Shown piece by piece: positions 10,235 to 20,689 of a DNA stretch of 32,535 nt (positions are counted from its first letter, which is position 1; the number at the start of each line of letters is the position of its first letter). A program made the translations under genes and the position numbers. A model generated the notes under the pieces. It saw only the letters and a program-made list of their open reading frames with translations. It did no database searches and was not told the DNA's origin. This stretch comes from Octopus bimaculoides. Taxonomy: Eukaryota. The DNA lies in assembly GCF_001194135.2 (NCBI RefSeq), contig NC_068985.1:127200577-127233111 (forward strand). The letters are read 5' to 3'.

Positions 10235-10560
10235 ACCAATTTTAACACTCATTTCATCATGCATGGGTGAACAGATCTGCTCTTATGCTACATGTTGTCA
10301 ATTGACATGACCCTTTGTCATCTCCCTCATGAGATCCAATATCTTCAGATGAGTCTTCACTACTTTGCTCCAATTCTTCCTTGCTTTATCTCTTCTACAG
10401 ATTTCATTTACTTTGAGCGCACAGCACTTCCTTACACAGCTGTCCTTTTCTATATGCATCAAATGCCCATATCAACATAATCTTCCTTGTGCTCTACATC
10501 TAATTCCTTTTATGTACGGTTTTCCTCTCATTTCATTTGTACTTCATCATTCATTCACAT
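10235..10560 (-). mobile_element. RTE LINE 3' end (ORF2 C-terminus plus tail), decayed
   Basis: Minus strand resembles GIRC..Q.RL.WYGH, DSCVRKC, R.RKNWSKVVKTHL..L.L..EMTK; followed by CACCCATGCATGATGAAATGAGTGTTAAAA, which resembles the SINE-C tail. Confidence 0.7.
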
Positions 10561-10689
10561 TACTACACTCATACATGTATGTATATGTGGGTGTATGAGT
10601 GAGTGTATTTAATTATACATACGTGTGTGTGTGTGTGTTTACACACGCATATATATATATGTGTCTGTGTGTGCGTGTGTGCATTCATG

Positions 10690-11205
10690 GAAGACACAAG
10701 AAGTAGCAAAGGTTGAGCTCAACAAGCCAAAGCTTACAAACAAACAAAGGTCCTATCAGTAGAATTCAGATAACAAACCACGACCAGGAACAGCTATGCC
10801 ATACGGGACACAGGAATGGAGTCATCTGGGTGGAGTGGATGACTGGGAGTGCTCAGCAGACTTCCTAGGATCAACAAAACAACCATAAATCATCAGAAAG
10901 AGTGGCTTCAGGCTGGATATATATCGTACTCCATTCCAGTTCATCAAAGCAAGTGATTTTGATTGAACTCACTATGCCATTTAAAAGTAGAATAGAACTA
11001 TGTGTTCAAGACTGAAAAATACACTACTCTGGCCAACTTTCAGGCCAAGGTTCTTCCTATAAAGGTTGAAGCCAGAGGTTTTGTGGGCAAATCTGTTTAC
11101 CATCTAATGAAATAACTCTCAGTCTCTGGAAGGAATAGGACCAAAGCCCTAAAGGCTATATCAAAGACAGTGGAGAGTTGTTCCAACTGGATCTGGTTGA
11201 GGAAT
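10690..11205 (+). pseudogene. HERO-type (R2 superclade) non-LTR retrotransposon restriction-like endonuclease fragment
   Basis: With frameshifts: DWECSADF..RLDI-VLHSSSSKQVILIELTMPFKSRIE..KTEKY..L..KVEARGFVGKS..ALKAISKTVESCSNWIWLR. This is the PD-(D/E)xK RLE signature with a HERO-like C-terminus. Confidence 0.75.
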
Positions 11206-12553
11206 CCCCAAAACGACCTCCATACCGTTTGAAGGCAATATTTTTGTACTTGTGTTAGTGTTGATATTTCACTGCTACCATGTCAATCAACGTTATTTCC
11301 TATTTGAGTTTGAAAGCTGAGTCAATAAAGAAAAATTACAACTAGATGAAGTCTCCAAGTGGTTTGAGTGCACAAGTCTCCAGTATCCAAGTAGCTAAAA
11401 AGTGTCAGTAGAAGGGCACCCAGTAGTCATGATCTGGATGCAACCTGGCTCCCTTTCAGTGTAAGAAGTTAAAGGCCCAAAACACTTGCCTGAGCAGGGT
11501 TTCTTTTCTTAGGACCTTCTGCTGTTCAGCTCTTTTGTTCAAAGTTTCATACTACTACATGTTGAACTTCAGAAAAGTCCTGCGTATTTTCACCATTCCA
11601 CTTACAGATTGTACTTGTAATGCTGGTTGTTTTCTTTACTAGAAAATCTTAGCTCTTCCTGATTATCACTTAAACATGTACTAATACAGCCAAGTATTCT
11701 AGTACTTGTTAGTGTAGCTGTAAATTTATATCAATAGTTATTGACTTCTGTTTGTGACTGTATAGTGTCCTGGTGATGGGGGAAGGAAAAAGAATAAAAC
11801 GAAGAGAAAATAGCATATGTTAAAAAAAGACATATCAGGAGAGAAATCGGAAGAGAAAGAGAGAGAGAGAGAAAGAGGGAAGGAGAAGAGGAGAGAGAAA
11901 TTGTTGTGTGTGTGTGTGCGTGCGTGCTTGTGTGTGCATGTTTAAGTGGATATTTGTGAACATGTCTGCAGGAAGGGCTGAGAAGGAAGAAAAAGAAGAG
12001 AAAAAACAGAGATGAATAGAAAGAGACAAGGAAAAAAGTGAAAGTAAAATATTGTTTAAAATATTAGCAGTTTGTTTTCACTTTATTTGTGTCACTAAGG
12101 CCATCAAGAAAGGCATGATTGTCATACCATCAATATCATATTCTCCTCTCAACCATAAGACTCGAGGCAGGGCCTTGCATCCATGTGAAAAATCAATACC
12201 AGTAGATTTGAAATCAAACAAGCATCAGATCATTTCCAGCTTACCAAAGCCGAGAGAATTATAGATCTATAGATAAACTACAGATTTGTTGTTTCAAGGA
12301 ACTGCCATTCTCAGTAATTGTGCTGGGTCTATATAATTTAGCTTTTTGTATTCGTAATCAGTTCAATAGACAGCAGGTTAAGCTGTGCAATGAAGATTTG
12401 GAGCAGAGGCAAGTATATGTGTGTGTGGTCTGTGTACAAGAGGTCTGGTGGAAGGGAAACCACAAATAGATTTCTTACAGACAAGGAGCAAGGGCTTTAA
12501 ATATTCAATGGGTAGTGGAATAAGTGTATTGTTAGCAGACAAATATATGTTAC

Positions 12554-12760
12554 TTAGAGTGCGTGGTAGAATAATTAAGATATTTAGAGTGTCTGGTAGA
12601 ATAATTAAGGTATTTAGAGAGTGTGGTAGAATAATTAAGGTATTTAGAGACTATGGTAGAATAATTAAGATATTTAGAGTGTCTGGTAGAATAATTAAGG
12701 TATTTAGAGAGTGTGGTAGAATAATTAAGGTATTTAGAGTATGTGGTAGAATAATTAAGG
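12554..12760. repeat. 30-bp minisatellite, 7 copies
   Basis: TGGTAGAATAATTAAG at 12564, 12594, 12624, 12654, 12684, 12714 and 12744. Confidence 0.97.
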
Positions 12761-12920
12761 TTAAACTAACCATGGACAGTGCAGCAGTGACATTTATCTT
12801 TGATTGAGCACCATAATCAGAGCTGGTAGATGAACAGAAGGACCACTGCTATGAGGCTTTCCTGTAGACTACCTTCATAATGAGTCTGATAACTACAGCT
12901 AGCTTTTTTTGTGGACATGT

Positions 12921-13157
12921 ATGTGCCAGTGCCATGTAAGAAATACTCATGCCAGTGCCCCATAAAAGCACTCATACAGTGTCACATTAAAGGAATTTAG
13001 CACAGACTGTAAAGTGGCTGGCATTAGGAAGGGCATCCAGGGGTTGAAACCAGATCAGACCAGAACTTAGCACAGCTCTCCAGCTTGCCAGTTCTGGTCA
13101 AACTGTCCAACCCATGCCAGCATGGAAAATGGACGTTAAAGGATGATGCTGATGATG
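12921..13157 (+). mobile_element. SINE-C inserted in the RTE endonuclease region
   Basis: SINE-C tail; removing it restores GGACATGTTGGCC (G-H-V-G); ATGT is duplicated at 12917-12920 and 13158-13161. Confidence 0.85.
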
Positions 13158-14337
13158 ATGTTGGCCAACACTGTAATGGCTTCTTACACAAACATGTTGG
13201 CTATAATTATCATATAAGAAGTGAGGATGGATCTTTGACTCATGGGGCTTTACAATGCAAATAACCAAACTACTTGTAACACTTGAAGAATGCAACCAGT
13301 TACTTGATCAACTACCACTCTGCTAAACACACCACCAGATAGACTTCATACTCGCCAGAAAAATAGGATGAACAGATGGTCATGAATACTAAGTCTTTCC
13401 CTGCGGAAGAATGTACCACTTGACATAGACTAGTGATCAGAGACATTAGAGTAAAGGCTGAATGAACCCAGAAGCATGAGACAAATTTGAAGAAGGAAGA
13501 TATAACAGCTGAAAAAGCTCTTGAGTAACTTTGCAGGTTCAAAAATGTACTAGCTGATGCATATTATAAGAGGGAAGAGGAGATAGGAACTAATAACATA
13601 GAAGAGAACTTGGGGGTTCCTGTGAGACAGTCTGTCAAGAGCTATACACAAGATCTGTAGTGGTGGTGGTGTTGGTGGTGGTGGTGGTGGTGGTGGTGGT
13701 GGTGAGGAAGTAAGATTCTAATCAGTCAGTATGTGACATGGTAGTGGAATATTATTATACATAGAGCAACAAAAATTAAAGAACCAGGTCTGCAGAGACT
13801 GGAAGAGAGCAGCAGGGAACAACATGAAGTAGCTAGAAGAGAAATTGGATGTCAGGTATTGTTAGCAAGGGAAGGAACAGAAACTGAAAGTAAGAGGTTT
13901 CCCCATATTTCTGATTTGAGAGTCAGAGGCTTGAAGAGTTCCAGATTGTAAGGCAGTGATATGTCATTTGTAGAAATGTGTATGGAATAATAGCAGCCCA
14001 CTTGTTATTGCTGACATCAGCAAGAGAGATACAGAAGTTCTATTGTGAAAAGCTGTTGAATAAAAATAATACACGAGAGAGAGAGAGAGAGAGAGAGATA
14101 ACTTACTCCAAGCTGACCAGTTGTCAATCATTCATTCAAAAATGCAATTAAGGTTATGAAAGCAGGGAAGGTAACATCAGGGATAGTTGCTAAGATGGTT
14201 AAAATATTATGTCACATAATAAATCATGTGTTAGTCAGCTACATCAATGAATTAGAGAGTACAAGAAAGTCATAGCCAATAACTGACATATCAGTATCAC
14301 AATCAAGTGTTACCAGAGAAAAGAAAATACTTTAGAG

Positions 14338-14468
14338 CAGTGTTTCTTAACCTTTTTGCCCTTGCGTAACCCTCAAAATAAATTACATGTCTCAAGGAAT
14401 CCTTGCACAAAAAAAATTACATACCATATCTTTCTCAAATTTTTTCATTGTAATTCACATGGTAAACA

Positions 14469-14520
<52 letters not shown>

Positions 14521-14664
14521 AATCGTATGGGGGAGGCAAAGAATATGTACACCACCCACTTTTGGTGTAACGTTAACCCCTAACCTTAACCCTAAACCTA
14601 ACCTTAAACCCTAACCCTAACCCTAACCACTCTGTGTGCATATTCTTTACCTTTGCCAATTACA

Positions 14665-14734
<70 letters not shown>

Positions 14735-14840
14735 TATATCATGAAATTAGCATTAGCTTATCTCACTCTTATCTCACGGAACCCTTAGGAACCTTTTGCA
14801 GAAACCTAGGATTCCAGGAAACCCCAGTCGAGAAATGCTG
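14338..14840. mobile_element. hAT (Charlie-like) non-autonomous element
   Basis: TIRs CAGTGTTTCTTAAC / GTCGAGAAATGCTG; 8-bp TSD CTTTAGAG / CTCTAGAT (6/8 match, fits the Charlie NTCTAGAN preference); subterminal GGAACC repeats; the RTE frame resumes after it. Confidence 0.8.
14535..14651. mobile_element. Small TIR element containing (CCCTAA)-like repeats, nested in the hAT element
   Basis: 18-bp inverted arms with 16/18 match (14535-14552, 14634-14651) around degenerate AACCCT repeats (about 14575-14628). Confidence 0.6.
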
Positions 14841-15559
14841 CTCTAGATAAAGACAGTTACAAATTGATGGACCATGCTATGAAAGTTACTGAAAGGATTA
14901 AAGTAAGACTGATTAAAGTAAAACTAAAGTAAAAAAAGAATTAGCCTAAACAAGATGCAGTTCAGGTTTGTGCCTGAATGATGTACCATTGATGCCTTCT
15001 TAGTAAGTTAGCTACTAGGAAAAAAATTGGCCCAGAATAAACCTCACTTTAGTTAACCTGGAGAAGTAAACTTCTTAACCACATAGCCTTGCCTATTAGA
15101 AAGACATTATGTAATACATAATACTTAAAAACCATGTAGAAGTGTGGTATTTGTAGCAGTGTGTTCAGAAAACTTATTCCTATCAGTAGCTACATTGATA
15201 AATATAAAATTCAGATGCCAACTTTCTGACTTACAGTATTTTTGCTTCACTGGATCAGGGTATAATGAATTCAACTCAGTATGGTAGGGAGTGCAGTGGA
15301 ACAGGAAGAGATTCCAATCAAAACCATAAATATAGTTAATCATTTAATCTTTCCTTTACATGCTATGAAAGGCTTGCATTATTTTCAGAAGTGTCTTAAC
15401 AAGATCAATCAGTTACATTAATCTCTTTTATCATATTAAGCAAAATATTTAAATAAATAAAAATAAACACATAAAAACAGCAATAACAACAAACAAACAA
15501 ACAACCTGAAATACAGCAAAAATACCAAAATGATGATTTGACAAATCACTTTTTCCCCC

Positions 15560-17172
15560 CTGTAATATGGGAATCTGTATCCATGTGTGGATGTAGCTTA
15601 CTATGACACTCTCATAATGTCTAAAAGACGCCATGATGGATGGGTTTCTGTTTTTATCTCTTTCTTCAGTGACACATAAAGTTATCTAATCATTCAAGAA
15701 ATTTATAACTTTCACAGAATCTCATTTTAGTTCTTTTGATATGGACAATTGTCTTAAGTTTTTATACCTTAAAACAATTGGCCAAGTGGCAAATGATACT
15801 GCAAATGCATTGTGGGATATTGTCTTGCTGTAAGAGGAGAACTCTTAACAGCCATATTTTTCTTGGTCTGGTGCAACATTCTTGGGTCACTCCAGTTTTG
15901 TTCATGGCACCTTTGTATGACATTTTCATCAATGTTTAGGAATTTACCGCATTCTTTGTGTGGAACAGGAGAGACAGAGAAGCCATTGATGTGCAGATTC
16001 CAGGTTTGGGAGACTAATTTTCCACATTCAAATACAAACACTCCTTTTGGCCAAATTCCATTTCATGTTGTTATTAATTCCAGCTGTTTTTTTGGCACTG
16101 TAACCATTTTTAGCATAGATCTTTAGGTCATTCACATCTGCAGACACCAGCATAAAGCCATTGGATTTTGTGGAAGAAATGACAATAGATTTTATGCCAA
16201 AATAGACAGAAATACAAAAAGACTATATCTTTGGGATATTCCCTTTGAAATATTTATAACATTGGAGATGATAATTCTCCTCTTAGTTGTGAATGTGTGT
16301 TTTGTGGCCAGGTCTTTGTGAGCCTCTCAATAGCAGCTACTCAAAAGCAGTATTTTTGCCAAGTATAGAAACTTAAGCAACCATGCATGGGGAATAGAGT
16401 TAAATGTTTTTCTATAATCAAGTCATACACACTGTCACAAAGTTTCTGCAGTGTTTTTTTTTTTTTTTTTTTTTTTTACTTTGGACAGCACAGCTTTGTT
16501 TATCAAAAGTTGTTTGGCACATCTCCAAACTCCTTTTTTCCACCTGCCTGCTCATCAGACGCTGTTGTTAATGGACTCACAATAGCCCTGCACGAATTGA
16601 TTTTGACAGCTTGTACATAATGCTTAGGCATGCAATATAGTTTTTTGTCAACTCAATGATTTCATTCATGGCAACCAGATTCATCCATGCTATAACAAGC
16701 CAATTTAGTGTATCAGTATGGCTGTCTATAGTTCTTTACAATACACGTATTAAAGGCTTTCTGTTGATATTCAACCTCTTGTACCAGTAGCCGACTATTA
16801 GGTCTCTTCCCGCTGCTTTTCCATTACCTACTTTGACTACAGCTATGGTAAAAGTCTCAGGGTTGATTGCATGTTTTACAGTCGATGCTGGTACAGTATT
16901 TTTTGTTAACTCTCTTAAGCTATGAAGTATTCTGGTGGAAATCTCTCTTTAATTGCAAACCTTTGATTGCAATGATTCAAGATCTTCTTGAGAAGAGATT
17001 TTTTTTTTATAGGTGCAGGAGTGGCTGTGTGGTAAGTAGCTTACTTACCAACCACATGGTTCCAGGTTCAGTCCCACTGCATGGCACCTTGGGCAAGTGT
17101 CTACAACTATAGCCTCGGGCTGACCAAAGCCTTGTGAGTGGATTTGGTAGATGGAAACTGAAAGAAGCCTGT

Positions 17173-17223
<51 letters not shown>

Positions 17224-17570
17224 GTGTGTGTGTGTGTGTGTGTCTGTCTGTGTTTGTCCCCACACCATCACTTGACAACTGATGCTGGTGTGATTACGTC
17301 CCCATAACTTAGCAGTTTGGCAAAAAGAGACCGATAGAATAAGTACTAGGCTTACAATGAATAAGTCCTGGTATCGATTTTCTTGACTAAAGGCGGTGCT
17401 CCAGCATGGCCGCAGTCAAATGACTGAAACAAGTAAAAGAGTAATGGTAAGGTTTTTCTGCCTTATCTTGCTGTTGAAAGCAAACTTCTGGTTTATACTA
17501 GTTCACTCAGATATTTTTTTACAATGACTAAGTTTTTCATTCAGTATCTTGAGTTTGTACTTTAAAAAAT
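15560..17570 (-). mobile_element. R4/Dong-clade non-LTR retrotransposon RT fragment, decayed
   Basis: Minus strand with frameshifts: NGKAAGRDLIVGYWYKRL, KNY..IACLSIMYKL, EQAGGKKGVWRCAKQLLINK, DYRKTFNSIPHAWL, KGISQ..SL, NDLKIYAKN, MEFG, IDENVSYKG.MNK, RKIW..E.S.Y.K.I.HNAFAV. Interrupted by SINE-A (17011-17443) and a 24-T run (16454-16477). Confidence 0.75.
17011..17443 (+). mobile_element. Full-length SINE-A (tRNA-derived head, CORE-like segment, internal microsatellite, CR1-like tail)
   Basis: A-box-like TGGCTGTGTGG (17022-17032), B-box GGTTCAGTCCC (17065-17075), GGCACCTTGGGCAAGTGTC, (TA)n(TG)n, and tail ending GAAACAAGTAAAAGAGTA. Confidence 0.92.
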
Positions 17571-17814
17571 TAAGAGATCCCTTATTTGGTAAAAACAAAA
17601 GAAAAAAGACAAAAACCCACAATTAACAGTTAGTGACAGGAAGGACATCCTGCTGTAAAACAATACTTCAGTAATATATTCATCTAATCTATACAAGTGT
17701 AGAAAAACAGATGTAAAATGAATAAACAAACTGTTTAATGCTATAGAAACTCAAGTTAAGTGCTAGGTAGATTTTCTAACTTTGATATGCATAAAGTGAT
17801 ATCTTCCTTATTTC

Positions 17815-18039
17815 TTTATTGCCCACAAGGAACTACACACAGAGGGGACAAACAAGGAAGACAAATGGATTAAGTCGATTATATCAACCCCTGTGCGTAA
17901 CTGGTACTTATTTAATCAACCCCGAAAGGATGAAAGGCAAAGTCGACCTCGGCAGAATTTGAACTCAGAACGTAACAGCAGACAAAATACTGCCAAGCAT
18001 TTTGCCCGACGTGCTAACGTTTCTGCCAGCTCGCCACCT
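17815..18039 (-). mobile_element. SINE-B with an alternative 3' tail
   Basis: Head and central domain align with 767-933; the 3' about 70 nt do not. Confidence 0.85.
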
Positions 18040-18211
18040 TCATCTTAATATCTTTCTTATGATCTTTTGACACATTTAGGCTTCCATAGCAAGGACTGTT
18101 GTACAACTTCGTCTTTGCTTCTCCATTAGTGACCAATATTTTCATTGTTACTGTCATAGTGTGATTATTATTGGAGTTAGATAGCCATAAATTTGGCATT
18201 CATCAGAAGCT

Positions 18212-18247
<36 letters not shown>

Positions 18248-18249
18248 CA

Positions 18250-18440
18250 GCAACATCATCATCATCATTTTATGTCTGCCTTCCATACTGGCATGGGTTG
18301 GATGGTTTGACGAGAGCTGACCAGATACAAGACTGCAGCAGGCTTCAGTGTCTGTTTTTATGGCTTGGTGCCTCTCCTGATACCAACCATCCCATAGAGT
18401 GCACTGAGTGCTTTTTACATGGCACCAGCACGGGCAAGAT
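18250..18440 (-). mobile_element. SINE-C 3' fragment
   Basis: (CAT)n followed by the reverse complement of the SINE-C tail. Confidence 0.8.
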
Positions 18441-18763
18441 GTATGTGTGTGTATGTATGTATGTATTTGACTTGTAGTGGCTAAATGATGTGTATCATGG
18501 TAAACAAATGCAAAAGGAATGTGTATGCCTTTGAAGTAAACAAATTAGTGAATGGATTCATAATTAAAATAATTTATTCGCTGGACTTAATTTGTCGTTG
18601 GTACACATAATTCTTCACTACATGCAAAATGTTGACAACTGCTACAAGTTGCTAGAAATAGAAACAGGGTACATCTATAGAAGTGATCACAGCGTCCGAC
18701 TGATGACGATCAGTCAGACGCTGACACTCATTGATGCTGCATCGAAGAGGCCAGGGAATAGAA

Positions 18764-19180
18764 GAAAGAAGACATACACCCAACACCAGAGCTGAAGACA
18801 CCTCCAAAAGGAGGGGCCCCGCCACGTCAAAACGGTAGAGGAGTAGGGGCCGAAACCGGACGTGGTTCCTCCTAATGATGTCTTCAGCTAACTGGATCCT
18901 AATCCACCAAGGGAAGGTATGTCAGAAGAAAGTAATTCAACAACGCGGGTTGATGAACCGTAAGATGTGTGGCCAGAACCTCCTGGAAAATAACCATAGC
19001 GAGGGACATTCCACAGTTGAATTAGAACAGTCACAAACAGTGAAAGAAGACATGCACCCAACACCAGAGCTGAAGACACCTCTGAAAGGGGGTGGCCCCG
19101 CCACGTCAAAACGGTAGAGGAGTAGGGGCCGAAACCGGACGTGGTTCCTCCTGATGATGTCTTGAGCTAACTGGATCCTA
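18764..19180. repeat. Unclassified GC-rich 138/139-bp direct repeat pair (18764-18901, 19042-19180), period 278 bp
   Basis: Direct alignment with only a handful of substitutions and one indel; strong internal self-complementarity. Confidence 0.95.
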
Positions 19181-20109
19181 TAAAGGAGCTGTTGTGGTAG
19201 CAGACCACGAAACATGGTTGAAATTCCCCCTATATTTGCATGTGTGTGTGTGGGTGTACGAGGTTCATCTGATACAGTAGTCTACCGTGAAACTTTGAAC
19301 ATTGCTCTGGTCTCTGAGAAAAGCTGTTGTGTAGTAGACCTTCCTCGTTTGGCTGCCTAGGGCCCTCCCTCTGCTTCTGTCTTGTTGACCACTGAATTTA
19401 TAAGAATCGTGGCAGCTAGAAGGACAGACATACTGCAGCAGAGTTTGTACCTAAATAGGTCAGCTCCTGTCCATTTGAACTCCACCTGACATGGCCTTAG
19501 GTCAAAGGTTAAAGGGAGATGATCAATCACTTTTTGATGGGACAAAGAAAACCTGTTTTCGCGCCTGTTGATCGTGGTGATTTAAATGACTGAGAATTCT
19601 TAGATTCGGTTTCAAATCTAGGCTTGGAGAAGAATGTGTTAATTTTTACAAACTAAACCCTTCTGGGTGGTACTCCAACATGACAACAGTCCAATGACTG
19701 AAAAAAGTAAAAGATAAAAGATAAGATACCGTATATCAATCCTTTTTCAGGTCCATCAGAGGATCAGAACTTAACACATGGTAGCAACACTTTAAAGTGT
19801 CCCCTTTGGCAATGGCATAGTGGCAGAAATGACCAAATCTACTGGACCACATACATAATTTTGTCCTGCCATATTCTGAGTTCAAATCTAGGGTTAATAA
19901 AATATGTACTATTCATGTAGTTAGGGTCAACTAATTTTCCAGTAAAATTTCTACCAATGTAATAAAACTAATGTTGCAGTATTCCATCTGTTCACAGAAG
20001 GAAATTATACACCATTATATAAATTTTTTTTTTTCACTCTTTAAGAAGGTAGGGTACCTTTTATTGGATAACATGTATGTATATGAAACATATATAATAC
20101 AAAACTACA

Positions 20110-20144
<35 letters not shown>

Positions 20145-20510
20145 TTAATGTCTGCTTTTCATGCTAGCATGGGTTGGATGGTTTAACTGTAACTGGTAAA
20201 CCAGAGAACTGCACCAGGTTCCAGTCCAATTTGACATGGTCTCAATGGCTGGATGCCCTTCGTAATGCCAGCCACTTGACAGAGTCAGAGTGTGGTGGGT
20301 GCTTTTTCATGCCCCCAGCATGGGTGCTTTTTCATGCCCCCAGTGTGGGTGCTTTTATGTGTTACTGGTGCCAGCTAAGTGACCCCAGCATCAGCCATGA
20401 CTACAGTCTCACTTGGTTTGACAAGTCTTCTCAAGCACAGCACATCACCAAAGGTCTCGGTCACTCCATGAAGCCCAACATTCAAAGATCATGTTTTACC
20501 ACCTTGTCCT
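20110..20510 (-). mobile_element. SINE-C, diverged, after a (CAT)n tract
   Basis: Reverse complement of the tail, GGATGCCCTTC and GGGTGCTTTT units. Confidence 0.75.
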
Positions 20511-20689
20511 ATGTCTTCATGGGTCTATCTCTTCCACATGTTCCCTCCAGGAGAAAAAAAAATGGAAAAATAGGAACAAATAAAGATAAAGAAAGAAAAG
20601 AAAAGTGTACGAAAAGATAAATGAAAAAGAAAGAAAAAATGGAAAAGAACACATCGATTCAACACCAAGTGCCTCAGTTGGCTGCACAC

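Larger units (their letters stand above)
12370..15050 (+). mobile_element. Old RTE LINE (APE endonuclease through RT N-half), multiply interrupted
   Basis: Collinear decayed motifs: CVQE.WWKG, GRIIKVKL, AP.S.L.DEQKDH, GHVGQ, IDFILARK, FPAEEC..HRLVI, TW.WN, MKAGK..SGIVA, ALDK..Y..LMDHAMKVTER, MQF.FVP. Confidence 0.75.

Noticed and set aside
10785-10802. CAGGAACAGCTATGCCAT resembles the M13 reverse primer site
   Set aside because: Two differences from the primer site, no other vector sequence, and it lies within the HERO fossil; coincidence.
11606-11638. Possible 33-nt micro-exon on the minus strand (TTTTCTAG ... GTAAGT)
   Set aside because: Good splice words, but such matches are common in AT-rich DNA; no supporting neighbouring exon.
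12554-12760. CRISPR-like appearance of the 30-bp repeats (and of the 65-bp units at 25926-26215)
   Set aside because: Head-to-tail tandem units without unique spacers, no cas genes, eukaryotic context.
15125-15343. Minus-strand ORF with PYHTELN, resembling the Tc1/IS630 PYxPELNPIE motif
   Set aside because: The match is too short, and the surrounding residues and catalytic Glu are absent.
18846-18893. Partial resemblance of the minus strand to tRNA-Phe (GTTAG-CTGAAGA ... CCGGTTTCGGC) or a tRNA-Phe PBS
   Set aside because: No T-loop GTTCGA or cloverleaf; it occurs inside both repeats, with no TG..CA LTR ends.
18786-18895. HDV-like, pistol, twister or SECIS assignment for the structured repeat
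   Set aside because: By eye the helix order and conserved nucleotides (HDV L3/P1.1/J4-2, pistol P1 loop, SECIS GA quartet partner) do not fit on either strand; it remains unclassified.
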